A stretch of 64,000 bases of DNA from Actinomycetota bacterium (GCA_009699465.1 WLOE01000001.1:309-64308), one strand, 5' to 3'; counted from the stretch's first letter, positions 19,160 to 27,473 are shown. Translations and numbers: made by a program. The notes: generated by a model from the sequence alone, not told the origin.

Positions 19160-21545
19160 ACTGCTTGCCCGGGACGCCGAGACGTCCATCACCAGCATCC
19201 AGCAGCATCGCCATCCACCATGAGACCTCGGTGGCCGTCAACGTAGGGAGCCGCACCATGCAGACCGGGATCTTGAACGACGTCCGGATTGTCGACCTTT
19301 CGGACGGCATCGCCGGCCCGACGGCCACCATGGTGCTCGCCGAGGCAGGCGCCGACGTCGTACTCGTGGAGCCACCAGGTGGAGTGACCACCCGTTCCCT
19401 GCCGGGCTTCAAGACCTGGAACCGCAGCAAGCAATCTGTCGTGCTGGACGTGCATGAGTCCGCTGGCCGCGAGCGCCTCGACGCGTTGCTGGCCGGCGCG
19501 GACGTGCTAGTCCACTCGCTCTCGCCGACCAAGGCACGCGAGCTCGGGCTCGATGATGCCTCGCTGGCCGCCGCCCATCCGCATCTCATCGCCTGCTCGG
19601 TGCTCGCGTGGCCGGCGAACCATCCCGATGCGGAGCTGCCGGTCGACGACCTGCTCGCGCTCGCGCGCATGGGCGTGCTCGACGAGCAGCAGGGCCTGCG
19701 TGAGGGCCCCATCTACGTGCGCTTCCCACTGGGCAGCTGGGGCGCGGTCTGGCTTGCCGCCATGGGGATCATGGCCCGGCTCATCGTCCGTGGCCGCACA
19801 GGCTCGGCCGGCCCGATACATACAAGCCTGGTGCAAGGCGCCCTGATCCCGATGATGATGCACTGGTCGCGGGCGGAAACGCCGTCCGACGCCCTTCGGA
19901 TCGGTATGCCCAAGGGGAACATGCAGGCCTCGCTCTTCGAATGCTCCGACGGGCGCTGGGTGCACGCGATGCAGCCGGCCCCGTGGGGCACCCCGCTCAT
20001 GGACGAGGCGCTGGGCGAGCTGGGACCGGAAGCCGTCGAGGAGGGTGCGACCCTCGCCGCGACTGGCCTCTGGGGGGACATGACTCTGGTACGCAAGGCG
20101 TTCCTGCGCCGGACGGCGCAGGCCTGGCTCGACAACGCCTGGGCCAACGACCGACCGGCGCAGGGCGCGTTCGAGGTGGGCGCGATCCTCGGCGACGAGC
20201 AGGCACGCATCAACCGCTACGTCATCGAACTGGATGACCCGGAGGCCGGGCGCATCACGGTGCCCGGGCTGCCGCTGACCTTGGACCCTCCGACGCAGGT
20301 GCGCTGGCCCGCGCCGGCGCTCGGCCAGCACCAGGATGCGGCAGGAGCCGACTGGGCTCCGAGGGAGGCTCCAGTGGCCGAGGCCACGAGCCAGCGCTAC
20401 CCGCTGGCCGGCTTGAAAGTGCTGGACTTCGGCAACTACCTGGCCGGCCCGCTCGGCCCGATGCTGCTGGCCGACCTCGGCGCCGATGTCATCAAGGTCG
20501 AGGCCACCACTGGCGACCCGATGCGCTGGGGGGATTGGCCCTTCGCCGGCTGCCAGCGCGGCAAGCGCACCATCGCGGTTGATCTCAAGTCACCTGACTC
20601 GCGCCCCGTGCTCGAATCGCTTGTGCGATGGGCCGACGTCGTCCACCACAACCTGCGCATGCCCGCCGCTCGCCGCCTGGGCCTGGACTCCGCGTCGCTG
20701 CGGAAGATCAACCCCGATCTCGTCTTCTGCCACACGAGCTCCTACGGCCCGAAGGGGCCGCGCGCCGATTGGCCTGGCTATGACCAGCTGTTCCAGTCGT
20801 CCTGCGGCTGGGAGGTTGCCGGCGCCGGCGAGGGCAACCGGCCGATGTGGCACCGCTTCGGCTTCATGGACCACCAGTGCGCGATGTCGTCGGTGGTCTC
20901 CACACTGCTCGCGGTCTACGAGCGCGACCGCACCGGCCGCGCTATCGATGTGGCCGGCTCGCTGCTCGGACCCGGCGTGCTCACCACGAGCGAGACCTAC
21001 CTGCAGGCCGACGGCACGCTCGCACCGATGGCCCGGCTCGACCACGACCAGATGGTCACCACGCCCGGTGCCCGCCTGCTCATTTGCTCGGATGCGTGGA
21101 TCGCTGTGGCCGCGCATCGCGACGACCAGGTTGCGCGCCTGTGCGAGGTGCTCGGCGTGGTCGCCCCGGACTCGCTTCCGAAGGCCGCCGCCGACCGCGC
21201 ATCCGGCGAACTACTCCACGCGCTCGCAGCAGCAGACGTACCGGCCGAGCTCGTGCGGCTCGACAACAAGAACTCCTTCTTCGACGACCCGGCCAACCAG
21301 GAGATCGGGTTGGTTGTCTCCTACCAGCACGGCGCCTGGGGCCGTCTCGAGCAGCCGGGCGCAATGTGGGACTTCGGCGACCTCGACACGAGGTTCGACT
21401 ATGCGCCGCCGCTGCTCGGCGAGCACACCGTCGAAGTGCTGCGCGAGATCGGCTTCGACGAGGCCGGCATCGATGGGCTGCTCGCCGCGCAGGTGGTCAA
21501 GACCGCCTAGCGACAAGGCAGAGTTATCGCCGGCGGAGGCGACCC
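19160..21545. other. Compositional island: ~2.4-kb high-GC block, putative horizontally acquired single-gene insertion
   Basis: Hand-counted 60-nt lines inside give 43/60 and 41/60 G+C. Lines outside give 32/60, 25/60 and 26/60. Long shadow ORFs pile up in many frames on both strands only here. Boundaries are approximate, to within about 30 nt. Confidence 0.7.
19258..21510 (+). CDS. Family III (CaiB/BaiF-type) CoA-transferase, tandem two-module fusion
   Basis: 750 aa from ATG at 19258, with AGGGAG Shine-Dalgarno 7-12 nt upstream. The track ORF starts at 19165. Module 1 begins VRIVDLSDGIAGPTATMVLAEAGADVV. Module 2 restarts near residue 385 with LKVLDFGNYLAGPLGPMLLADLGADVIKVE. Confidence 0.8.
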   Translation: MQTGILNDVRIVDLSDGIAGPTATMVLAEAGADVVLVEPPGGVTTRSLPGFKTWNRSKQSVVLDVHESAGRERLDALLAGADVLVHSLSPTKARELGLDDASLAAAHPHLIACSVLAWPANHPDAELPVDDLLALARMGVLDEQQGLREGPIYVRFPLGSWGAVWLAAMGIMARLIVRGRTGSAGPIHTSLVQGALIPMMMHWSRAETPSDALRIGMPKGNMQASLFECSDGRWVHAMQPAPWGTPLMDEALGELGPEAVEEGATLAATGLWGDMTLVRKAFLRRTAQAWLDNAWANDRPAQGAFEVGAILGDEQARINRYVIELDDPEAGRITVPGLPLTLDPPTQVRWPAPALGQHQDAAGADWAPREAPVAEATSQRYPLAGLKVLDFGNYLAGPLGPMLLADLGADVIKVEATTGDPMRWGDWPFAGCQRGKRTIAVDLKSPDSRPVLESLVRWADVVHHNLRMPAARRLGLDSASLRKINPDLVFCHTSSYGPKGPRADWPGYDQLFQSSCGWEVAGAGEGNRPMWHRFGFMDHQCAMSSVVSTLLAVYERDRTGRAIDVAGSLLGPGVLTTSETYLQADGTLAPMARLDHDQMVTTPGARLLICSDAWIAVAAHRDDQVARLCEVLGVVAPDSLPKAAADRASGELLHALAAADVPAELVRLDNKNSFFDDPANQEIGLVVSYQHGAWGRLEQPGAMWDFGDLDTRFDYAPPLLGEHTVEVLREIGFDEAGIDGLLAAQVVKTA

Positions 21546-21608
21546 GACAAAGAGCCATTCCGCGACGTTGTCTGGGAACGTGTCTTTCGTTTCACCCGTC
21601 CAAGCCAC

Positions 21609-22118
21609 GTGAAGCGCTCTTGGTTAACACGCCTACTTATTGCACCGATGGCTCTTCTTGTCATCGGAATAATTCCGACTACGGCACAGGCTGCTTCATC
21701 GCTGAATGCAGGCACAGTCTCAACGAATGTTGCTGAATTCCGTCAGGACATTCGTGGCCTCTTGAATTCCTACTACTCGAAATACGGCAGCCGTTTGTCT
21801 CCAACTGAACAAACACACATGACTAGTCTTATAAAACAAGTTGATACTGAGCTTGCGATAGTTCAATCAAAATCACAAGTCATTGCAAAACTCTCACAGC
21901 AGCAAGCGCCTAAGTCTAAACAACTCGCAGCAGCCCGTTCAGCAGCTAAGGCTTTCGACACTGCTTACTCACACGCAATGACGAGCTTGGAGCAAGTTCA
22001 ACCATTGCTACAGCCAAAACTTTCACTTTTCGAAGCGTTGCGAGCGAAATCTGATTTAGACCAGTCTCTGCAAACGTTCGAAACCTTAGGCACGCAACTA
22101 CACGCTCTGGCCGGCTAA
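21609..22118 (+). CDS. Hypothetical secreted protein, Ala/Gln/Ser/Lys-rich, predicted helical
   Basis: GTG at 21609 gives VKRSWLTRLLIAPMALLVIGIIPTTAQA-ASS (signal peptide with AQA site). In frame with the tail of shadow ORF 20847-22118. Composition is back to host-like. Alternative ATG at 21648. No motif recognised. Confidence 0.5.
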   Translation: MKRSWLTRLLIAPMALLVIGIIPTTAQAASSLNAGTVSTNVAEFRQDIRGLLNSYYSKYGSRLSPTEQTHMTSLIKQVDTELAIVQSKSQVIAKLSQQQAPKSKQLAAARSAAKAFDTAYSHAMTSLEQVQPLLQPKLSLFEALRAKSDLDQSLQTFETLGTQLHALAG

Positions 22119-22547
22119 CTAATCGTGTTCTTTCGAACTACGCAATCGCTTTGTTTCCCCGCGCGACTTCTTTGCGTTAAGTCGACGTTCGTTTGATCCC
22201 TTTGTTGGTCGCGTTGCTTTGCGTGTTCGCGCAGGTGGCGCAATGGCTTCGCGCAGAAGTTGTGCCAAACGCAGCTCAGCAGTCTTTCGATTCTGTAATT
22301 GAGACCGTTGTTCTGAGGCCGTAATTGTGATGCAGCCGTCTACTAACTTCGACTTCAAATTTTTCAATGCTCGTTCGCGTAGGTATTCGGGCAGGCTTGG
22401 GGAATTGGCAATGTCAAAACTGAGCTGCACGCGCGAATCCGCAGTGTTGACCCCCTGCCCGCCAGGGCCGGACGATCGAGAAAATTTCACGACCAATTCG
22501 GCCTGTGGAATCACCACAGCGCCACGAATGATGAGGTCGTCAGCCAT
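22119..22547 (-). CDS. arfB: Alternative ribosome-rescue factor ArfB (peptidyl-tRNA hydrolase, YaeJ type)
   Basis: 142 aa. GGQ motif SGPGGQGVNTADSRV and a basic C-terminal tail (RKATRPTKGSNERRLNAKKSRGETKRLR). Confidence 0.88.
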   Translation of the reverse strand: MADDLIIRGAVVIPQAELVVKFSRSSGPGGQGVNTADSRVQLSFDIANSPSLPEYLRERALKNLKSKLVDGCITITASEQRSQLQNRKTAELRLAQLLREAIAPPARTRKATRPTKGSNERRLNAKKSRGETKRLRSSKEHD

Positions 22548-22607
22548 GCGATAAGGATGGAGCAGAACGCTGACAATTGAAAACCGCTAAAGTAATTGAG
22601 CACCTTC

Positions 22608-22678
22608 GCGGGCGTAGTTCAGTGGTAGAACACCAGCTTCCCAAGCTGGATATGCGGGTTCGATTCCCGTCGCCCGCT
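22608..22678 (+). tRNA. tRNA-Gly (anticodon CCC)
   Basis: Folded by hand. Acceptor GCGGGCG/CGCCCGC, D-arm GTTC-AGTGGTA-GAAC, anticodon arm CCAGC-TTCCCAA-GCTGG (CCC at positions 34-36), T-arm GCGGG-TTCGATT-CCCGT, discriminator T. 3' CCA is not encoded. Confidence 0.9.
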
Positions 22679-22706
22679 CCGCTAGTGAGTCATTGTCTGG
22701 AATTGA

Positions 22707-23075
22707 TTAGCCGGTGACGGCAAACCAACGATCTTCCGGGTCTTTGAACGCGAAGCTTCTTACGCCCCCGTGTTCGCCAATCTCAATTGCTTCAACGCCA
22801 CGCTCGACAAACAGGTCACGCGTCTCCTCGAGATCGTCGACATGGAGAGCAACGGATGGAGTTGCAAGGTCCAGACCGTCAGGGTTATCGGCCATCAAAG
22901 CGAGCGGGACCAACTCGAAGGCAAATAACTGGTCTACAAAACCGACCTTGATGACGCAGTGATCACCAACTTCCGTGCGCTCCTTCTCGACCATACCGAT
23001 TTGCTCAATCCAGAATTTGCGACAGGCCTCCGCGTCATTGACATAGAGAACGACATAGCCAACGCGTATCGACAT
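22707..23075 (-). CDS. VOC-family (glyoxalase/bleomycin-resistance/dioxygenase fold) protein
   Basis: About 122 aa. IRVGYVVLYVNDAEA...FAFKDPEDRWF beta-alpha-beta-beta-beta pattern. Start set at MSIRVGY (ATG at 23075), preceded by AAGGAAAGG. The track start is 23093. Confidence 0.7.
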   Translation of the reverse strand: MSIRVGYVVLYVNDAEACRKFWIEQIGMVEKERTEVGDHCVIKVGFVDQLFAFELVPLALMADNPDGLDLATPSVALHVDDLEETRDLFVERGVEAIEIGEHGGVRSFAFKDPEDRWFAVTG

Positions 23076-23128
23076 CTCAGCCTTTCCTTGCATCGAAGAA
23101 GTGTGTGACGCCTACCGGACCCGGCTAC

Positions 23129-23527
23129 TTACTCGTCGCCAAGAAGTTCAGAGAGATCATTTGGCACATCGGCCATGCACTCGCGTAATGCCCAACTTGG
23201 AATCACTTCTAAGGCCGCTTCATTTGTGGCCTGCAACACGACCGGCGCCTTAATGCCATCTTCAAACGCTTGCCACCAGCGACCTGCACAAACAGCCCAT
23301 CGATCACCAGGCTGCAACCCAGCAAAACCAAACTGCGGCATAGGTGTTGAAAGATCATTGCCAATAGATTTTTGATGCTCGAGGAATTCCGCGGAGACCA
23401 CTGTGCACACTGTGTGTGACCCAATATCTTCAGGACCAGTGTTGCAAAATCCATCACGGTAAAACCCAGTCACGGGTTCCAGGCTGCACACTTCAAGTTC
23501 GTCACCGAACACATTGCGCTGGCTCAT
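23129..23527 (-). CDS. DUF2237 family protein
   Basis: 132 aa. NVFGDELEVCSLEPVTGFYRDGFCNTGPEDIGSHTVC is the characteristic DUF2237 N-terminus. Confidence 0.7.
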   Translation of the reverse strand: MSQRNVFGDELEVCSLEPVTGFYRDGFCNTGPEDIGSHTVCTVVSAEFLEHQKSIGNDLSTPMPQFGFAGLQPGDRWAVCAGRWWQAFEDGIKAPVVLQATNEAALEVIPSWALRECMADVPNDLSELLGDE

Positions 23528-23581
23528 GGGTTGAGTGTACGAAAGATAGGAGTATTCAAAGACAACGACACTGGTCCATCA

Positions 23582-25618
23582 TCATTGTTGAAGTACTCGC
23601 GTGAATAGTGGGGAAAGCCCCTGAGCCGCTCCAACAGAGATATGGCCATCATCTCGATACAGATATGTATCACCGATTTGAGTCATGCAGATGCCTTCTG
23701 GACAGAAATACTCGCGTAAATCCAGCACGGTGGCACCCGTAGCGACACCAACTGCATTCGTTGCATCGCGAGCCGCGCGTTGGTTGCTGTCAGCAATGGC
23801 CTGCGGCATCTGCGATCCGAGGTTTTCTCCGCTGGATATCTGCGGCACCGAGAACTGCCGCGGATCTGACGCGTACGGGCTCACGAAATACGGAACATCT
23901 TGAACTAACACAACACGGTGTCCGGAGGCCTGAAGTTGCTCCACAGTTGAAAGCAATCCAGCCTGCAGAATTGCACGCTTCGCTGCAAGGTCACTAGTGA
24001 GCGAATCAGGAGTTACGCCAGCACTGAACACTTTCGAGTTCCAATAGACACTTGAGGAAGAAAGAATCACGGTTCCAGGTGGCTGTTGCTTAAGCCATGT
24101 CAAAGTTTTCTGTACGAATTTTCTGCACGGTGATTTCGGTGCTGCAGTTGAATACAAGTACACGTCGTAGAACGGACAAGCATTTGCCGTGGCAATAGTG
24201 AGTGGGTCGTTGAGTTCTTGAGTCGCTGCAATCACTGCTTCGCTTAAATGATCTGCATGCGAGTCACCGATGAGATACACATGCGCGCCAGTTCCATCGC
24301 CATTCCATACGCACTTGGTTGCTTTGCGATCGCTCGGCGCTATTGAGTTATTGCATCCAGCTGCATTTCCCGCATGCATTGGTTGCACTGTCGCGACAAA
24401 TTGCTGAACGCGTGTATTCCAAAAACCATTATCCGCTGCGCTCCACAGGCCTAGAGCCAACACAATCGGCGGAATCATCGTGGCGGCAATAATGCCCGTC
24501 ATTTTTCTTTTACTTACGTTGCGTAGATTTCGAATTGGCTGTTCAAGCCACTGATAGGAAATCAATGACGGAACAAGTGAAGCCGCTGCAGCAATGATTG
24601 CAATCCCGGGCACTGTTGGCCACAGGATCAGTGCGAACACAATGAACGGCCAATGCCATAGGTAAAACGAATACGAGATATTGCCGATATGAACGAAAGG
24701 CGCTCGCCCAAGAAAATGACTCACTGCGTTGGCTTCTGCATATCCTGCAACGAGCAAACACATCGTGCTCACAACCGGAAGAATGGTGATCGGTCCTGGC
24801 CAGATCGTTTGGTCGTTAACTAAATAAAGTGAAGCGACCAAACCAAGGATGCCAACGGCACCAAGAATTAACCCGAGGCCTTTTGTGATGGCAGGTTCAA
24901 TTTTGAAAGCCAACAGTGCAAGGATCGCACCGGCTGCGAATTCCCATGCTCGACTCGTAGGGCCATAGAAGCCACTGAGCCAGCTCGGTAACAGCGGAAT
25001 CGTGTGGCCTGCAGCTTCCACCATTGCGATTGCAAACGACAGTGCACCGATGACGCCCACGAAGATAAATGGCATGAAACGAGTCGCTGGTTTTCTTGCC
25101 AACTTCCACCCAAGGAATAGGACAAGCGGGAAAATCAGATAAAACTGTTCTTCCACCGACAATGACCACGTATTCAATAACGGGTTTGCGGCGGCGGGTG
25201 CATCAAAGTAGCCGCCAGTTGTTTTCGCAATCACGATGTTGGCGCTGAGTAGTAGTGCGCCAATGCCTGTTTGGGCCGCGATTTGTTGATCGCCCATGGG
25301 TGAAGCGATGAATGCGGACAGCACCACAACACCAACCACCAGCAGAGCAAGGGCAGGGGTTAGCCGTCGAAACCTTCTGGCATAGAAAGTGGAAAAGCGC
25401 AGGCTTTGGGTTTTGGCCCACTCTCGACCGAGCATGGCAGTGATAACAAAACCAGAAATAACGAAGAAAATGTCTACGCCTATGAATCCACCCGGGACAG
25501 GTAAACCGGCGTGGAAAGCAACCACGGTTCCCACCGCAATAGCTCTGAGGCCCTGAATATCGTTGCGCCTGTTTTCGGTAAAAGGCAGTGAGGAGATGCC
25601 AGATTCAGGGTGCGACAT
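23582..25618 (-). CDS. Acyltransferase-3 membrane domain fused to SGNH domain (OafA/YrhL-type O-acyltransferase)
   Basis: 678 aa. N-terminal RNDIQGLRAIAVGTVVAFHAG...DIFFVISGFVIT (Acyl_transf_3), about 10 TM segments. C-terminal extracytoplasmic domain with the YLIGDSHADHL SGNH block. Confidence 0.85.
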   Translation of the reverse strand: MSHPESGISSLPFTENRRNDIQGLRAIAVGTVVAFHAGLPVPGGFIGVDIFFVISGFVITAMLGREWAKTQSLRFSTFYARRFRRLTPALALLVVGVVVLSAFIASPMGDQQIAAQTGIGALLLSANIVIAKTTGGYFDAPAAANPLLNTWSLSVEEQFYLIFPLVLFLGWKLARKPATRFMPFIFVGVIGALSFAIAMVEAAGHTIPLLPSWLSGFYGPTSRAWEFAAGAILALLAFKIEPAITKGLGLILGAVGILGLVASLYLVNDQTIWPGPITILPVVSTMCLLVAGYAEANAVSHFLGRAPFVHIGNISYSFYLWHWPFIVFALILWPTVPGIAIIAAAASLVPSLISYQWLEQPIRNLRNVSKRKMTGIIAATMIPPIVLALGLWSAADNGFWNTRVQQFVATVQPMHAGNAAGCNNSIAPSDRKATKCVWNGDGTGAHVYLIGDSHADHLSEAVIAATQELNDPLTIATANACPFYDVYLYSTAAPKSPCRKFVQKTLTWLKQQPPGTVILSSSSVYWNSKVFSAGVTPDSLTSDLAAKRAILQAGLLSTVEQLQASGHRVVLVQDVPYFVSPYASDPRQFSVPQISSGENLGSQMPQAIADSNQRAARDATNAVGVATGATVLDLREYFCPEGICMTQIGDTYLYRDDGHISVGAAQGLSPLFTRVLQQ

Positions 25619-25787
25619 CCGACCTCCTCAACCTGCACATCTGAACGAGTCGGCAGTCTATGGGGCCAGATACCAGTGATTTACGAGAGCAACACCACGT
25701 TGATGCGGTCCTAAGGTCCTTGTTTTCTGACGTATTCTTGAGAATCTGCTTGATAGCAGTCCTGATATCTTCCCCTGGAGTGAGACC

Positions 25788-27473
25788 TTGACCGAAGTGC
25801 ACGGCCGAAAGCGGATTGAGCTGACAACCGCCACGTTGGTCACTATCGGTATCGTCATAGCGGTATTCGCGTTGATTTTGGTGGGTACCACCAAGGCCGC
25901 TCGCGCTGGTGAATCTGGGCCAGATACGGCTCCAAGTGCTGAAACCAGTGGCAACACCCCGATGAATCTGGAAGTTCAAGCCGCCGAAGGTTCCCTCAGT
26001 GACATAAAGAATGTCGTGATGATTCTGGCCGACGACCTTGATTGGGCTGCCTTTAATCAAGTGCCACGGTTGGCTGCGCTGAAGAAAGAAGGCACCACCC
26101 TTTCAAACTTCGTCGTGACTAATTCGCTTTGCTGCCCATCGAGAACATCGTTCATGCGAAGTCAATATGTGCATAACCACCGGGTTCTCACAAATGTCAA
26201 AGCGACAGGTGGTGGCTGGGAAACTTTTGCGGCACGTGGATTAGAAAAAGATTGCTTGCCTACTTGGCTCAATAAAGCAGGAGTAAACACCTCACTCATC
26301 GGTAAATACCTCAACGGTTTTCCGAACGGCACTCCGGCAATCAATTACATTCCACCAGGGTACGACTACTTCGTTACGTCAACTTCTAAGAATCAGGCGT
26401 ATCAAGGTTTTGATTACACACTCAACGAGAATGGCACGCTGAAGGATTATGGGCGTAAGTCATCAGATTTCATGAATGCAGTACTCGTGAAGAATGCAAC
26501 TGCATACTTAAAGTCAGTCAAGGCTCCATTCTTTATGGAATTTGCTTCGTACAACCCGCACACCCCAGCACCTTTTGAAGCTAAATACGCAAAGACCCAC
26601 ACCACCGACGTCATTCCTCGCACGCCGGCGTTCAACACCATCGGAACAAATGAATTGGGTTGGCTAGCAGGTCGCGAGACACTCACAGCGAAACGTATCT
26701 CCAACCTTGATCGCTTGTGGCAGAAGCGTTTACGGTCAACTGAATCTATCGCGGATACATACGAAGCACTGCAAGCGCAACTCAAGGCAACAGGTCACTC
26801 TGATGACACGCTGATCATTCTCACGTCAGACAACGGTTATCACGCGGGCGTTCATCGTCTTGCCACTGGCAAGCAGACTGCCTACAAGGAAGACGCGGTA
26901 GTGCCGGCTATTTTTATCGGACCAGGAATCGCTAAGGGTGCTGTGATCTCTCAAATCACTTCCATGGTCGATCTTGGGCCAACGATCAGTTCAATCTTCG
27001 GAGCAAAAACGCCTTCATACATTGATGGAAGAAATCTTGCGCCGCTCCTTCGTGGTGAAACACAGACACCGTGGCGCACTGCGGCTCTGACTGAAAACCT
27101 TGCCCGAACTACACCAGGTGACCCTGATTACTCCCCAGACGCAGTGCCACCGTTCCATGCACTTCGTAGCGAGAACTGGCTTTATGTTGAATACTTCAAT
27201 GGAGATGTCGAGTTGTATGACCTCAAGACTGACCCGTTCGAAATGAACAATGTTCAAGCATCAACAAACCCCGCGATAGTTGCCCAACTTCATGCGCAAC
27301 TACAGGCACTTCAAAATTGCAAAGGTGCAACTTGCCGTCTGGCTGATGCAATGCCAAATGGCACTTCGATTTTGCCATTACCTCAGATCACCGCGGTTCC
27401 GTCAACATCACCTTCTGCATCGGTGAGTTCAACACCACTTCCTAGCGCTTCTGCAACAACACCTGTTCAATAA
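25788..27473 (+). CDS. Membrane-anchored Cys-type sulfatase (formylglycine-dependent family)
   Basis: VVMILADDLDW metal-binding start and the SLCCPSRTSFM (C-x-P-x-R) signature. Single N-terminal TM. C-terminal Ser/Pro/Thr-rich tail. TTG start with GGAG 8 nt upstream. Confidence 0.8.
   Translation: MTEVHGRKRIELTTATLVTIGIVIAVFALILVGTTKAARAGESGPDTAPSAETSGNTPMNLEVQAAEGSLSDIKNVVMILADDLDWAAFNQVPRLAALKKEGTTLSNFVVTNSLCCPSRTSFMRSQYVHNHRVLTNVKATGGGWETFAARGLEKDCLPTWLNKAGVNTSLIGKYLNGFPNGTPAINYIPPGYDYFVTSTSKNQAYQGFDYTLNENGTLKDYGRKSSDFMNAVLVKNATAYLKSVKAPFFMEFASYNPHTPAPFEAKYAKTHTTDVIPRTPAFNTIGTNELGWLAGRETLTAKRISNLDRLWQKRLRSTESIADTYEALQAQLKATGHSDDTLIILTSDNGYHAGVHRLATGKQTAYKEDAVVPAIFIGPGIAKGAVISQITSMVDLGPTISSIFGAKTPSYIDGRNLAPLLRGETQTPWRTAALTENLARTTPGDPDYSPDAVPPFHALRSENWLYVEYFNGDVELYDLKTDPFEMNNVQASTNPAIVAQLHAQLQALQNCKGATCRLADAMPNGTSILPLPQITAVPSTSPSASVSSTPLPSASATTPVQ

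Noticed and set aside
19137-19223. Small 28-codon ORF (MGCQTAELLLARDAETSITSIQQHRHPP) upstream of the CoA-transferase, possibly a leader peptide.
   Set aside because: No ribosome-binding site, no recognisable attenuator structure, and the length is compatible with chance. Not reported as a feature.
19152-21530. Possible target-site-like direct repeats at the two edges of the high-GC block: GCGGAGTTACTGC (19152-19164) and GCAGAGTTATCGC (21518-21530).
   Set aside because: Only 10 of 13 positions match. A rough estimate gives about 1e-4 probability per alignment. Across the few thousand possible alignments between two ~60-nt boundary zones, roughly one such hit is expected by chance. This is not evidence for an insertion mechanism.
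19158-22118. Many long ORFs in the track inside the high-GC block (19158-19712 minus, 19507-20331 minus, 19713-20213 minus, 20590-21117 minus, 20486-21736 plus, the 5' part of 20847-22118 plus, and others).
   Set aside because: They all overlap the CoA-transferase frame and are Arg/Pro/Ala/Gly-rich, as expected of out-of-frame high-GC DNA. They carry no recognisable motifs. Only the 3' end of 20847-22118 (from 21609) is kept as a separate gene.
25605-26060. 151-aa minus-strand ORF spanning the acyltransferase-sulfatase spacer and the sulfatase 5' end.
   Set aside because: It overlaps the well-supported sulfatase gene antisense and has no motifs. The plus-strand frame carries the TM anchor and catalytic start of the sulfatase.
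25788-27473. Reading the sulfatase-superfamily protein as an LtaS-type lipoteichoic acid synthase or phosphoglycerol transferase, which would fit a teichoic cluster without invoking sulfate.
   Set aside because: LtaS-type enzymes have five N-terminal TM helices and a Thr nucleophile. This protein has one TM and the Cys-x-Pro-x-Arg formylglycine signature, and a sulfotransferase is encoded next door. Still worth testing by alignment.
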